From NCBI GenBank assembly GCA_963663225.1, contig OY760142.1:416001-480000 (forward strand): 64,000 bases of DNA. Direction: 5' to 3'. The notes beneath the pieces were generated by a model that searched no databases, was not told where the DNA came from, and saw only the letters and a list, made by a program, of their open reading frames with translations. Position numbers and translations under genes: made by a program. Shown here one piece after another: positions 49,248 through 58,999 of this stretch (position 1 is its first letter; each line of letters opens with the position of its first letter). Origin of the DNA: Nitrospirota bacterium (lineage in GTDB: Bacteria > Nitrospirota > UBA9217).

Positions 49248-50267
49248 TTAGATGGCTGCCGCCTCTTTCGCTTTCGCAAGATCATAAGCAACCTCGATAC
49301 AAATATGCTCTTGACCTTCCGTGCATTGCCGCTTGCCTATCTCCTTGATAATATCTCGTGGATCTACACTATACTTAGCTCCTGCTCGTTGTGCAAACAA
49401 AAGAAAGCTAGAATAACATCCAGCGTAGCCGAGCATGATACGATCATTATCCAACTCCATTGGTCTAACCATCAAAGGCTTTAAATATTTGTCTCCTACA
49501 TCCATTGCCTTGTACAAATCAATTCCCGTTTCTATCCCTTTTCGATCACAGACTGCCACAAGCACCTCTGTCGGACAGTTCCCCGCGCCTGCACCGAATC
49601 CCTTCAAACAAGCATCGATATATTCTGCACCTGCCTCGATCGCAGCCATTGAATTGGCCACTGCAAGTTGAAGATTGTTATGTCCATGGAAGCCTATTCC
49701 AACGTCCAGTGCTTTACGCATTGCAGATATTCGTTCGAAAACCTGTTCTGGCAGCATATAGCCGCCGCCGTCAAGCAAATACACGACTTCTGCACCGTAG
49801 GACTCGGAAAGCCTGGCATAATGGACCGTATCTTCAACACTAATCACTGAAGCACAGGGCAAGACGGCTCTCGGTTGCATTCCTAATTGTTTTGCCATCT
49901 TTATGTGCTGTTCTGCAATATCACTCTCTGTAATTTGGGTGCATAATCGAGCAACTTTGACGCCATAATCTACCGCCATTTGCAGTTCTTCCCGTGTGCC
50001 AATACCAGGCAGAATAATAATTCCTAACTTTGTCTTCTTAACCGCCTGGGATACTGCTTTGATATAGTCTATATCGCGGGCTGGGGCAAAGCCATATTGA
50101 AATGACGATCCAGCCAAACCGTTTCCATGTCCAAATTCAATTACGTCTACACCTATTTCATCAACTTTTCCTGCTAGCTGTGCCATTTGTTCCGGCGATA
50201 GTTGATGGCTTACGGCATGCATTCCATCCCGCATTGTGACATCCAGGATCCGAATTTTTTTTGACAT
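49248..50267 (-). CDS. dmpG: 4-hydroxy-2-oxovalerate aldolase (DmpG/MhpE family)
   Basis: DVTMRDGMH, HGNGLAGSSFQYGF, HGHNN, GAGAGN, GYAGCYSSFL; GGAGG RBS before MSKK. Confidence 0.92.
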   Translation of the reverse strand: MSKKIRILDVTMRDGMHAVSHQLSPEQMAQLAGKVDEIGVDVIEFGHGNGLAGSSFQYGFAPARDIDYIKAVSQAVKKTKLGIIILPGIGTREELQMAVDYGVKVARLCTQITESDIAEQHIKMAKQLGMQPRAVLPCASVISVEDTVHYARLSESYGAEVVYLLDGGGYMLPEQVFERISAMRKALDVGIGFHGHNNLQLAVANSMAAIEAGAEYIDACLKGFGAGAGNCPTEVLVAVCDRKGIETGIDLYKAMDVGDKYLKPLMVRPMELDNDRIMLGYAGCYSSFLLFAQRAGAKYSVDPRDIIKEIGKRQCTEGQEHICIEVAYDLAKAKEAAAI

Positions 50268-50281
50268 CGTATGCCTCCAGG

Positions 50282-51166
50282 TTAGTTTAAGGTTTGTTTT
50301 AAAAGATTTCGCGCTAGACCATCGCCGACAGCCATTGCAGCGCATGTCATGATATCAAGATTTCCACTATATTTTTGCAAATAATCACCTGCTCCCTCTA
50401 CTTCGATCATGACTGTCACCTTGTCGCCGTCAAACGTGGGAGGAATTTTAAGTCGATACCCTGGCACATACTGTTGAACAGCTTTTATCATATCTGCTAC
50501 AGATCGAGTTATGCCCGCTTCGTCTTTATTTTCTACCTTCGCGTAAATTATGCAGTTCATGGTCATTGGTGGAGTTGCCGGATTAAGCAGGATAATTGCT
50601 TTCCCTTTTTCTGCGCCTCCTATCTGAACTATCCCTTTTGCCGTTGTTTGTGTAAACTCATCAATATTCTGGCGAGTGCCCGGGCCGGCACTTTTGCTTG
50701 CGATTGTAGATACTATCTCTGCGTATGGAACGGCGCATACGCGGCTGATTGCTTTTACGATTGGTATAGTAGCCTGTCCGCCACAGGTAATTAAATTAAC
50801 ATTCTGTGCAGAAAGGTGTTCATCAAGATTAACAACCGGGATTACATAAGGTCCGACAGCTGCCGGGGTCAAATCCACCGCGATCTTTCCCGCTTCCTTG
50901 AGAAGAGGTGCATGTTTTGTATGCGGTGCGGCACCTGTCGCGTCAAAAACAATTTTAATATTCTTTTGCTGAATAACTGAATCTATCCCAGCGGCCGATG
51001 TAGCTATACCCTCCTGCTTCGCAATTTTTAAGCCCTCCGACTCTGGAATTATTCCTGCCATTAACTTCAAGTCAAGGTACCGGCTTCGTCGTAATATTTT
51101 AAACATAAGATCGATACCGATGTTGCCCGGACCAATAATAGCTGCTTCAACTTTTAGGTTATCCAT
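50282..51166 (-). CDS. dmpF: acetaldehyde dehydrogenase (acylating), DmpF/MhpF family
   Basis: IGPGNIG, DLTPAA, catalytic Cys in [30 protein letters not shown]. Confidence 0.95.
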   Translation of the reverse strand: MDNLKVEAAIIGPGNIGIDLMFKILRRSRYLDLKLMAGIIPESEGLKIAKQEGIATSAAGIDSVIQQKNIKIVFDATGAAPHTKHAPLLKEAGKIAVDLTPAAVGPYVIPVVNLDEHLSAQNVNLITCGGQATIPIVKAISRVCAVPYAEIVSTIASKSAGPGTRQNIDEFTQTTAKGIVQIGGAEKGKAIILLNPATPPMTMNCIIYAKVENKDEAGITRSVADMIKAVQQYVPGYRLKIPPTFDGDKVTVMIEVEGAGDYLQKYSGNLDIMTCAAMAVGDGLARNLLKQTLN

Positions 51167-51322
51167 TGCTTATTTCTCCAGTATTGTTTGACTTCTTTAT
51201 AACAAGTTTGCCAGATGGATAAAAAATGATTGCTGCCTCAACATTAACGACGTGGCGACTCAAATTTCAGTACCGCATGTTAACATTGAGACAGCAATGA
51301 CACATTTGAATGCAGTTCCGTA

Positions 51323-52681
51323 CTAAGGAGAAAGTTCCTCTAAAACTCTTCCTTTTGTTTCTTCTCCCAATATTCCTATAGCAACAGCTGTTATTATGAA
51401 ACAGCCGGCGCCAAAAATAAATACTCCCGTATTTCCTACGTGCGGCAAAATTGCTCCAATCAGAGCAATGCCTAGTAACGACCCTATGCGACCTACTCCT
51501 GAAGCAAAGCCTGATCCAGTTGTTCTTGCTCTCGTCGGATAAAGTTCTGGAGTATACGCATAAACCGTTGACCATGTACCCATCATGAAAAATTGCATAC
51601 AAGATCCAAATATGATCAGGGTTGACATACTCCCGGCATTACCGTAGAGATAAGAAAAGAATGCACATCCAAGAAGTGCGACTATTACAGAGGGTTTACG
51701 ACCAATTTTTTCAACTGTGTAGGCTGCCGTTATAAATCCCGGTATGCCGGCTAACGAAATTGCAATTGTGTAGTAAACGGATTTCGTGACCGAGAAACCA
51801 GCTGCCTGCAATAACGTACTCAACCATGTCGTTAATGCATAATAACCTAAACAAAATCCAAACCACATTATCCATACCATTACCGTTCTTTTTGCATATC
51901 CAGGCGCCCAAAGCATGAGAAATGAAAATTTTTGCTCTTTTTTACGATGCGAGTATTCTACTTCTGGAATCGGAGGAAGTTCTTTTCCATAGGCCTTCTT
52001 TACTTTATTCTCAACCAGGCTCATAACTTTTTCCGCCTCGTCATGTCGGCCTACATCATCCAGCCATCTGGCAGATTCCGGTACTATTCTTCGAAAGAAA
52101 AAAATAAATATAGCCGGAATTGCTTGAGCAATAAATACCCAACGCCAACCGCCTATTGGCAAAATGAAATATGCCTCTAAACCTGCAAAAATAAAGCTGA
52201 TGGGCCACAGTCCTTCAAGTAGGGCAATATAACGGCCTCGGTTCTTGGCTGGAATATACTCAGATACTAAAGCTTGTCCTATTGGAAATTCCATTCCTAT
52301 ACCAAAACCTAGTATTACTCTGTATATTCCTAGTTCAAATGGCGTGCTTGCAATTGAACAGAGAAAACTAGCCGTTCCCCATATGAGCATACTTACTTGG
52401 AATATTGTGCGACGCCCGTAACGGTCTGCTGCCATGCCCGCGAGCGCTGCACCTACAGCCATGCCCCAAAAACTCGCACTTGCTAAAACACCTGCTTCCG
52501 CTGTGCTTAAGCCAAATTCAGTCTTGATAGATCCCAAAAGAAATGTAAGGGAAGCTAAGTCAATCGCATCAAACAGCCAACAGGTAACGATTGCACTAAA
52601 TATTAACTTCTGATAAAAAGTTAATGGCAACCTTTCCATCCGCTGTGCAATTCGAAGATTTATTGTCTGCGTTTGCGGCAT
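51323..52681 (-). CDS. MFS metabolite:H+ symporter (aromatic acid/NiaP-like)
   Basis: ADRYGRR, SEYIPAKNRG, VPESARWL, YAYTPELYPTRAR; 12 TM. Confidence 0.92.
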   Translation of the reverse strand: MPQTQTINLRIAQRMERLPLTFYQKLIFSAIVTCWLFDAIDLASLTFLLGSIKTEFGLSTAEAGVLASASFWGMAVGAALAGMAADRYGRRTIFQVSMLIWGTASFLCSIASTPFELGIYRVILGFGIGMEFPIGQALVSEYIPAKNRGRYIALLEGLWPISFIFAGLEAYFILPIGGWRWVFIAQAIPAIFIFFFRRIVPESARWLDDVGRHDEAEKVMSLVENKVKKAYGKELPPIPEVEYSHRKKEQKFSFLMLWAPGYAKRTVMVWIMWFGFCLGYYALTTWLSTLLQAAGFSVTKSVYYTIAISLAGIPGFITAAYTVEKIGRKPSVIVALLGCAFFSYLYGNAGSMSTLIIFGSCMQFFMMGTWSTVYAYTPELYPTRARTTGSGFASGVGRIGSLLGIALIGAILPHVGNTGVFIFGAGCFIITAVAIGILGEETKGRVLEELSP

Positions 52682-52937
52682 TATCTTTTCTCCTTAATTT
52701 TTTCAATTAGTTGTATAAAAAATGGTAATATACAACACATCAAGGGATGCTTCTACACTCTTATCAAAACATCTGTTACTTTGAATGCTATTTCTTAAAA
52801 AATAAATATCTTAAATTTCAGACTTTACCTCCTTTCTGATAGACCGAAACACTTTTTTCTGTTTTATCTGTTCTGGCGGTTTATCATGAAGCATTTATGG
52901 TCTAACAGTTTTATTGCATTTACTTCTAACAATCATT

Positions 52938-53005
52938 TACTGTATACTGTATACAATATTGTATACAGTATACGCATACAATACACTTTTATTCTTATTT
53001 GTCAA
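52938..53005 (-). promoter_or_regulatory. tandem TGTATACA operator array with TTGACA -35
   Basis: TACTGTATACTGTATACAATATTGTATACAGTATACGCATACAATAC: palindrome centred on AATATT with repeated GTATAC units; TTGACA at 53000-53005 on the minus strand. Confidence 0.75.
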
Positions 53006-53521
53006 GTCTCTTAGTCTAGAGAAAGTTGTCAATATGTGCACGTTAAATTATTTAATTAAATCAATCGATTATTAAAAAAACGGGGCTTGCCAGGAAGGAT
53101 TAAAATTAACTAACTACGCCGAACATATTTCATCAGGTTGAGGATTGGAAGAAATTTTTAGGTTTTTTTGTTGCGTCTGGGTGCTTCTGTATCTCTATAT
53201 TCCTTAATAGCTCCTTTCAGTAAATCGTATTAATAAACAAGGTGGTCTTTAAAGCGAAAGCTCTGCTATGAGTTCCAGCATAAAGCTACCGTTAACATTT
53301 CACCAAGTCTGTACCAATATACAAATTAGTAAATTACAAGCAGTATGAGTTGTTCCACTATGGATTCAGTGCACTCTTTCACTTAACAAGTAACCGAAAA
53401 TACTATCTATGAAGTACTCTGATAATATTTTCGATGCCATAATTTATTGAGAAAATTGATTATCATTGTAATGTAAAATCTATTCTGCTAAAATAAAAGA
53501 ACTTATAACGGAGGACAAAGC

Positions 53522-54169
53522 TTGGGGAAAATATTAAATAATGGGCAATTTGCTTATAAATATATTAGGGATGCAATTTGCCGGTGGGATTTAAAACCAG
53601 GTTCTCCTATCACAGAAAAATGGATCCGAGAAAATCTTGATATGAGCCGTACCCCAGTGCGTGAAGCATTGATCCGCCTTGAATCCGATGGCTTGATCAC
53701 GGTTACTAACAATCGTGCAACAGTAACTACCGTTTCTTTCGAAGACATTAATGATATTTTCCGTCTGCGTCTTCTTCTTGAGCCTTATGCAGCCAGTGCC
53801 TGTATCAAACGGATTGCTAAAGAAAAACTCATCGAAATTCGTAAGGCAACCGTTGAATTGCTTCCTCAGAAAAGCCAAACATTTGATGAAAATATCCATG
53901 ACCTTCATCGCTTTATTATTGATTCAACGGGAAACAAAAGATTAATCGCCTTCATGAAGACGCTTGATTACCAGATCATGCGGCTCTTACACGTTTCGGC
54001 ATATATACCAAATAGAGTAACGCATTCTTTAGAAGAGCATCTTCCAATTATTGACGCTATTTTAGCAGATGATCCAGCAATGGCAGAAAAGCAAATGAAA
54101 ATCCATATTGAGTCTAATATGAAAGATGCATTAGAGTCCGCAAATTTTCTTTTTTTATTTAAAACATAA
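53522..54169 (+). CDS. GntR/FCD-family regulator, paralog 3 (divergent from the GRE operon)
   Basis: MSRTPVREALIRLESDGL; HDLH..TGN, SLEEH, HIESN; GGAGG RBS with TTG start. Confidence 0.93.
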   Translation: MGKILNNGQFAYKYIRDAICRWDLKPGSPITEKWIRENLDMSRTPVREALIRLESDGLITVTNNRATVTTVSFEDINDIFRLRLLLEPYAASACIKRIAKEKLIEIRKATVELLPQKSQTFDENIHDLHRFIIDSTGNKRLIAFMKTLDYQIMRLLHVSAYIPNRVTHSLEEHLPIIDAILADDPAMAEKQMKIHIESNMKDALESANFLFLFKT

Positions 54170-54222
54170 CCGTAGTGTGTAACTCTAAAACCGAAAATTT
54201 GTATTTTTGACCGGATCAGTTT

Positions 54223-54435
54223 TCAAGGGTTCTTCAACTGCCTGTTGTTCAAAACAGAATGTGGTCTCAATTGTGGTGCCTCATCTGAACGTTTTTCCAT
54301 TACCAACTGGTTTTTTGCACATACGACCATTTTTTTGCTTTGCAATTTTACTTCATCCTCAATCAGCTTAATCCTTTTTTCAATTGACTCTAGTTCACTC
54401 TCAAGCTGTTTAATTCTCTTATTGACAATACTCAT
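54223..54435 (-). CDS. small coiled-coil hypothetical protein
   Basis: GAGAGGA RBS; heptad-like IKQLESELESIEKRIKLIEDEV. Confidence 0.45.
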   Translation of the reverse strand: MSIVNKRIKQLESELESIEKRIKLIEDEVKLQSKKMVVCAKNQLVMEKRSDEAPQLRPHSVLNNRQLKNP

Positions 54436-54566
54436 TAGACTTATCCTCTCACAAAAATCGCAATTTATTGCTCAAATTATCCCAACCAAATTACTTCCCG
54501 TCTGACCGATAAAAGACAGTTTCTGTTTCTGTCATCGCTGTTTTGAGTTCATATGCAACGGTGGTG

Positions 54567-55448
54567 TCATCGGACAACGGCAAATCCGAACCTAACATTA
54601 ATGTCCTGTTTCTGATTATATGTTAAGAGAGTTTCACCGTAGCCATAAAAAGACTGGATGTATAAATATCCTCCCGTTCGGGCGAAAATCTTCTTTCTGA
54701 TCGGATATGAAAAATCTAATTGAATAGTATTTTTATTGTCTATCCCATACCTCCACATGGCAGCGATAAACCAACTGTCCTCGCGTCCATACCGTACAAT
54801 TAGGTCGGCATAACCTCGATACTTTTCTATGTCTGCGTTTTCACTATCCCGGCTGATGTAGACGTACAGCTTGGTGCCGACAGCCAAATCTCTGCCTCCA
54901 GCCTGAATGATCCATGCAGGAAAGATGAAAAGAGTGTTGATACCTCGGGATTTATCCCCGCCCTGTCCATTCGATTCGTGTTCATAGCCTATACGAAGAA
55001 AATTAGGCATATTTTTCACTTTTATATTTATATTCTGAAATTCCCAGAAGAAGCTGGGGCGGTAACTCGTGTCTTCAAAGGCAGTGGAATTTGAGCTCAA
55101 ATTCCACATTGATGTCTGTGTGTACGCAAAATGTAAGTTTTCTAACCAAGGAAGTTTATCTACAACGATTCCGTCCTTTTCAAAAAGCCTGTATTTAAAG
55201 CTGACCTGGAATCGCGCTTTCGTATCTCCACCATGTCTTCCAACGACAAAGTACATCGGTTCATTTATATAAAGTGCCGGTTCATCTCCGTTATTTCGAG
55301 AACTCCATTCTCCAATCGCACTGCTATGGCTAATATATTCTTTCCCAACACTCTCAGTGTCAGCTGCCGTTACGACGATAGGAATGCTCCATAAAATTAA
55401 AACTAGCGTGATAAAAATAAATCGTGCCTTTAATAGTATTAAAAACAT
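54567..55448 (-). CDS. pldA: outer-membrane phospholipase A (OMPLA)
   Basis: RFQVSFKY, AYTQTSMW, catalytic HESNG motif, GYGETLLTYN. Confidence 0.9.
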   Translation of the reverse strand: MFLILLKARFIFITLVLILWSIPIVVTAADTESVGKEYISHSSAIGEWSSRNNGDEPALYINEPMYFVVGRHGGDTKARFQVSFKYRLFEKDGIVVDKLPWLENLHFAYTQTSMWNLSSNSTAFEDTSYRPSFFWEFQNINIKVKNMPNFLRIGYEHESNGQGGDKSRGINTLFIFPAWIIQAGGRDLAVGTKLYVYISRDSENADIEKYRGYADLIVRYGREDSWFIAAMWRYGIDNKNTIQLDFSYPIRKKIFARTGGYLYIQSFYGYGETLLTYNQKQDINVRFGFAVVR

Positions 55449-55518
55449 AAGGAAATTCGCCGTTTATCATTTTTGTTATAAAAAATGAAAGCAATGCAGA
55501 AAAGCGCTCGTTGTTTAT

Positions 55519-57984
55519 TCATAGGTCCGTGCTAGGTTTAACTTTCCATATTTTTTCTGCATACTCCCGGATTGATCTGTCCGAGGAAAAGAAGCCAGAA
55601 CGTGCGGTATTAAGAATCGATCTGCGCGTCCATTCATCCTGATTCAGAAAAAGTTTGCTTATTTTTTCCTGACAGGCAATGTAATCGTCAAAATCGGCCA
55701 GGACAAAGAAAGAATCTCTTTCAAGCAAATCGTCTAATAAAGGACGGAAAAGGTTTTTATCATCAGGTGAAAAATCCCCTCTTGCTAGAGACTCCAGGAC
55801 CAAATTCAATTCTGGACAGGAATTTATACTATCCCGCGGTTGATATCCCTGTTTTTTGATCTTTTCAACCTCCGTAACTTTTAATCCGAAACAGAAAAAA
55901 TTTTCAACTCCAACCTCACTCTGGATTTCGATATTAGCTCCGTCCATCGTTCCGATGGTAAGTGCACCATTGAGCATAAACTTCATATTGCCGGTCCCAG
56001 AAGCCTCCTTGCCGGCCGTGGATATTTGTTCAGAAAGATCAGCAGCCGGATAGATCCGCTGTCCTACCGTGATGTTAAAATCAGGTATAAATGCTACCTT
56101 GAGTTTTTCATTTACATCTGGATCATTGTTGATCTTAAATGCCACTTCGTTGATGAGTTTGATGATCAATTTTGCCATACTGTAGCCAGGAGCGGCCTTG
56201 CCTGCAAAAATAAAGGTGCGCGGGGCAATATCGTAGGCCGGATTCTGCTTGATTCTTAAATAAAGCGCGATTATATGAAGCACATTCAGATGCTGACGCT
56301 TATACTCGTGAATCCGTTTGGCCTGTACGTCAAAGAGAGTTGCGGAATCCGCTATCAAGCCGCAGTGCTTCCGAACATAGCCTGCAAATTCAACTTTTGC
56401 CTTATTCTTGACTTCACGCCACTTTTTTTTAAATTCACTGTCGCCAACTAACGGTTCAAGTTTCCGCAGTTCTTCACTATTGCGAATCCACCCTTTCCCT
56501 ATAACTTCAGTAATAAGTGCGCTTAATCTCGGGTTGCTGAGAAGTAGCCAGCGCCGTTGCGCAATGCCATTGGTAATGTTCACAATCTTTTCAGGCCATA
56601 AGGCATGAAAATCTTTGAGGACATTTTTTTTAAGCAGCGCCGTGTGCACTCTGGACACCCCATTCACAGCATAGCTTCCTACTGTTGCAAGGTGCGCCAT
56701 CCGGACAGAACGCTCGCCATTTTCTTCGATCAGAGACAAGCGCCGTACCCGCTCTTCATCATGCGGGAATCGTTGACGAACTTCACTTAAAAATCGCGCA
56801 TTAATCTCGTAAATAATCTCCAGATGGCGCGGAAGAAGGTCGGCAAAAAGAGCCACAGGCCAAATCTCTAATGCCTCAGGGAGGAGAGTGTGATTCGTGT
56901 ATGAAAATGTCTGCCGCGTAATGTCCCAGGCCTTTTCCCATTCCATGCCATTTTCATCAACTAAAAGACGCATTAGTTCTGCAATAGCAATAGACGGATG
57001 TGTGTCGTTAAGTTGCACAGCAAAATTAGTGTGAAATGTTTCCAACCCCCTGCCACGAAGCAATTGAATACGGATAAGGTCTTGGAGAGAGCATGATACA
57101 AAGAAAAACTGCTGCGCAAGGCGCAGTTTTTTCCCCAGATGACCGCCTTCATTAGGATAGAGTATTTTTGAAATCGTTTCGGACACGATTTTCTCGTGCA
57201 CGGCTCCCAGATAATCGCCTGTGTTAAAAGCCTGCACATCGAATGATTCGCACGCCTCTGCTTTCCAAAGCCTCATTGTGGACATTGCCAATGTTTTATA
57301 CCCAGGTATGAGCGTATTGTAAGGAACACCGCATATGATCCGTTCAGGAACCCATTGAACACGGTAGTGTCCTGACGCATCCGTGTAATTCCTCGTATAT
57401 CCGCCCAATTTAACTTCAACTGAACTACCAGGATGACAGATTTCCCACGGGTTGCCATTAGACAGCCATTTGTCGGTCTTTTCCACCTGCCAGCCATCTT
57501 TAATCTCCTGGTCGAAAATGCCGAATTCATAACGGATGCCGTAGCCGATGCAAGGAATGTTCAGATTTGCCATCGAGTCAAGAAAGCAGGCGGCCAATCG
57601 CCCTAATCCCCCGTTGCCCAACCCGGGTTCCTGTTCCTGGCCAAGCAGCACGTCCAGATCCTGCCCGCATTCTTTCATGGCTGATCTGGCTTGATCCATG
57701 ATCCCCAGGTTTACCAGGGCATTGCCTAGATGCGATCCCGGAAGATATTCGGCTGAAAGGTAACAGACTGCCCGGTTGTTTCTGCTCAGCTGGTCATCGG
57801 TGTTCTCCAGCCAGTTCTGCAGCATCCGGGCTCGCACGGCGAAGGCCAGCGCGAGGTAATGATCGTTGGAAGTGGCTGCCTGCGGCAGCGCTCCCTGAAG
57901 AAAATGAAGACATGCAAGATAGTCTTTTTTTAATGAGTTTGCCGTGTTGCCAGTAAAATGAAATTTCGATGTATTCTGTTTCAA
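55519..57984 (-). CDS. glgP: glycogen/starch phosphorylase
   Basis: LGNGGLGRLAACF, QLNDTHP, KRIHEYKRQ, PLP motif EASGTGNMKF; probable TTG start at 57984 after AAAGGAG. Confidence 0.96.
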   Translation of the reverse strand: MKQNTSKFHFTGNTANSLKKDYLACLHFLQGALPQAATSNDHYLALAFAVRARMLQNWLENTDDQLSRNNRAVCYLSAEYLPGSHLGNALVNLGIMDQARSAMKECGQDLDVLLGQEQEPGLGNGGLGRLAACFLDSMANLNIPCIGYGIRYEFGIFDQEIKDGWQVEKTDKWLSNGNPWEICHPGSSVEVKLGGYTRNYTDASGHYRVQWVPERIICGVPYNTLIPGYKTLAMSTMRLWKAEACESFDVQAFNTGDYLGAVHEKIVSETISKILYPNEGGHLGKKLRLAQQFFFVSCSLQDLIRIQLLRGRGLETFHTNFAVQLNDTHPSIAIAELMRLLVDENGMEWEKAWDITRQTFSYTNHTLLPEALEIWPVALFADLLPRHLEIIYEINARFLSEVRQRFPHDEERVRRLSLIEENGERSVRMAHLATVGSYAVNGVSRVHTALLKKNVLKDFHALWPEKIVNITNGIAQRRWLLLSNPRLSALITEVIGKGWIRNSEELRKLEPLVGDSEFKKKWREVKNKAKVEFAGYVRKHCGLIADSATLFDVQAKRIHEYKRQHLNVLHIIALYLRIKQNPAYDIAPRTFIFAGKAAPGYSMAKLIIKLINEVAFKINNDPDVNEKLKVAFIPDFNITVGQRIYPAADLSEQISTAGKEASGTGNMKFMLNGALTIGTMDGANIEIQSEVGVENFFCFGLKVTEVEKIKKQGYQPRDSINSCPELNLVLESLARGDFSPDDKNLFRPLLDDLLERDSFFVLADFDDYIACQEKISKLFLNQDEWTRRSILNTARSGFFSSDRSIREYAEKIWKVKPSTDL

Positions 57985-58127
57985 TGAGAGCTCCTTTCGC
58001 ATCAAGCAGGGTTCCGCGAGACAATCTCCGGTCATGCGCTCTGCATTCTTACGGACTCATAACGGGAATCAACTCCCGTCTGAAAAATAGTGATAGGACA
58101 ATTCTTATTTCCTGCTGTGGTCAAATA

Positions 58128-58934
58128 TCATTTGTTGGCCACAATGTTTCTCCGGTACTGGACATACGCATTTTTCAACGCAGCGTATGGTTCGATCGAA
58201 GACTTGACCAATTCTTCGTATTCATGCGCGTCGAGCGAGGCCCGATTAAAGTAATCGTATAGGCCGATAGCTGCCGCGACCGCATCAGGTTGAACGAACC
58301 TCCAGGGCGTAAGGAATAATTCGATAATCGAGCCGACTGTCTCCCTTGCCGTAGAAGGCCCGGCAAAGGGCCAGACCAGATACAATCCTTCCCCGATACC
58401 ATACCTGCCCAAAGCCTGGGCAATGTCTTTTTCCTGTGGTTCGAGAGAAAACGAACTTTTTGCCACATCAAACAAACCGGCAACGCCGATCGTAGAATTT
58501 ATCGTGAAGCGCGCAAGCTCTATTCCCATGGATTTTACCTGCGCCTGCATCAGAGAGCTGACGAATCGTACAGGCATCTCAATGTTGTAAAAAAAGTTTT
58601 TCACCGATTTTCTGGCGACTTCCGGAACAGCCCAGTTATAACCCGTTGTCGCCGGCTTAATAAACCAGAAATAAAACTTGTCATTAACCGCAAACATCGT
58701 TTTATTCACGGGTTCAAGGGGATCGTAGATATCTTCTTCCGTGTCATCAAATCCGGGGATTGCTTCTTCTGAAGCCTGTTCGGATGCTGAAACCAGCGTT
58801 TCATCCGCGGGAGGCAATCCGGACGGCTGCTGCAAATCCGTTTCCAGGTGTTTCCCTGCAGAACAAGCTGAAAGCAGTATGATAAAAACGATGACCAGAT
58901 ATTGACTATAATTTGCACGTGGTGATATTTTCAA
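58128..58934 (-). CDS. mlaA: VacJ/MlaA lipoprotein
   Basis: Lipobox LSAC; DPLEPVNK, RFTINSTIGVAGLFD, YLVWPFAGPST. Confidence 0.92.
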   Translation of the reverse strand: MKISPRANYSQYLVIVFIILLSACSAGKHLETDLQQPSGLPPADETLVSASEQASEEAIPGFDDTEEDIYDPLEPVNKTMFAVNDKFYFWFIKPATTGYNWAVPEVARKSVKNFFYNIEMPVRFVSSLMQAQVKSMGIELARFTINSTIGVAGLFDVAKSSFSLEPQEKDIAQALGRYGIGEGLYLVWPFAGPSTARETVGSIIELFLTPWRFVQPDAVAAAIGLYDYFNRASLDAHEYEELVKSSIEPYAALKNAYVQYRRNIVANK

Positions 58935-58999
58935 TCTTGTCTGCCTGTTTGGTATAAAGTATTATTAAAAGGTGCATGGCTTCCCGGCTTCAAGGCTCT

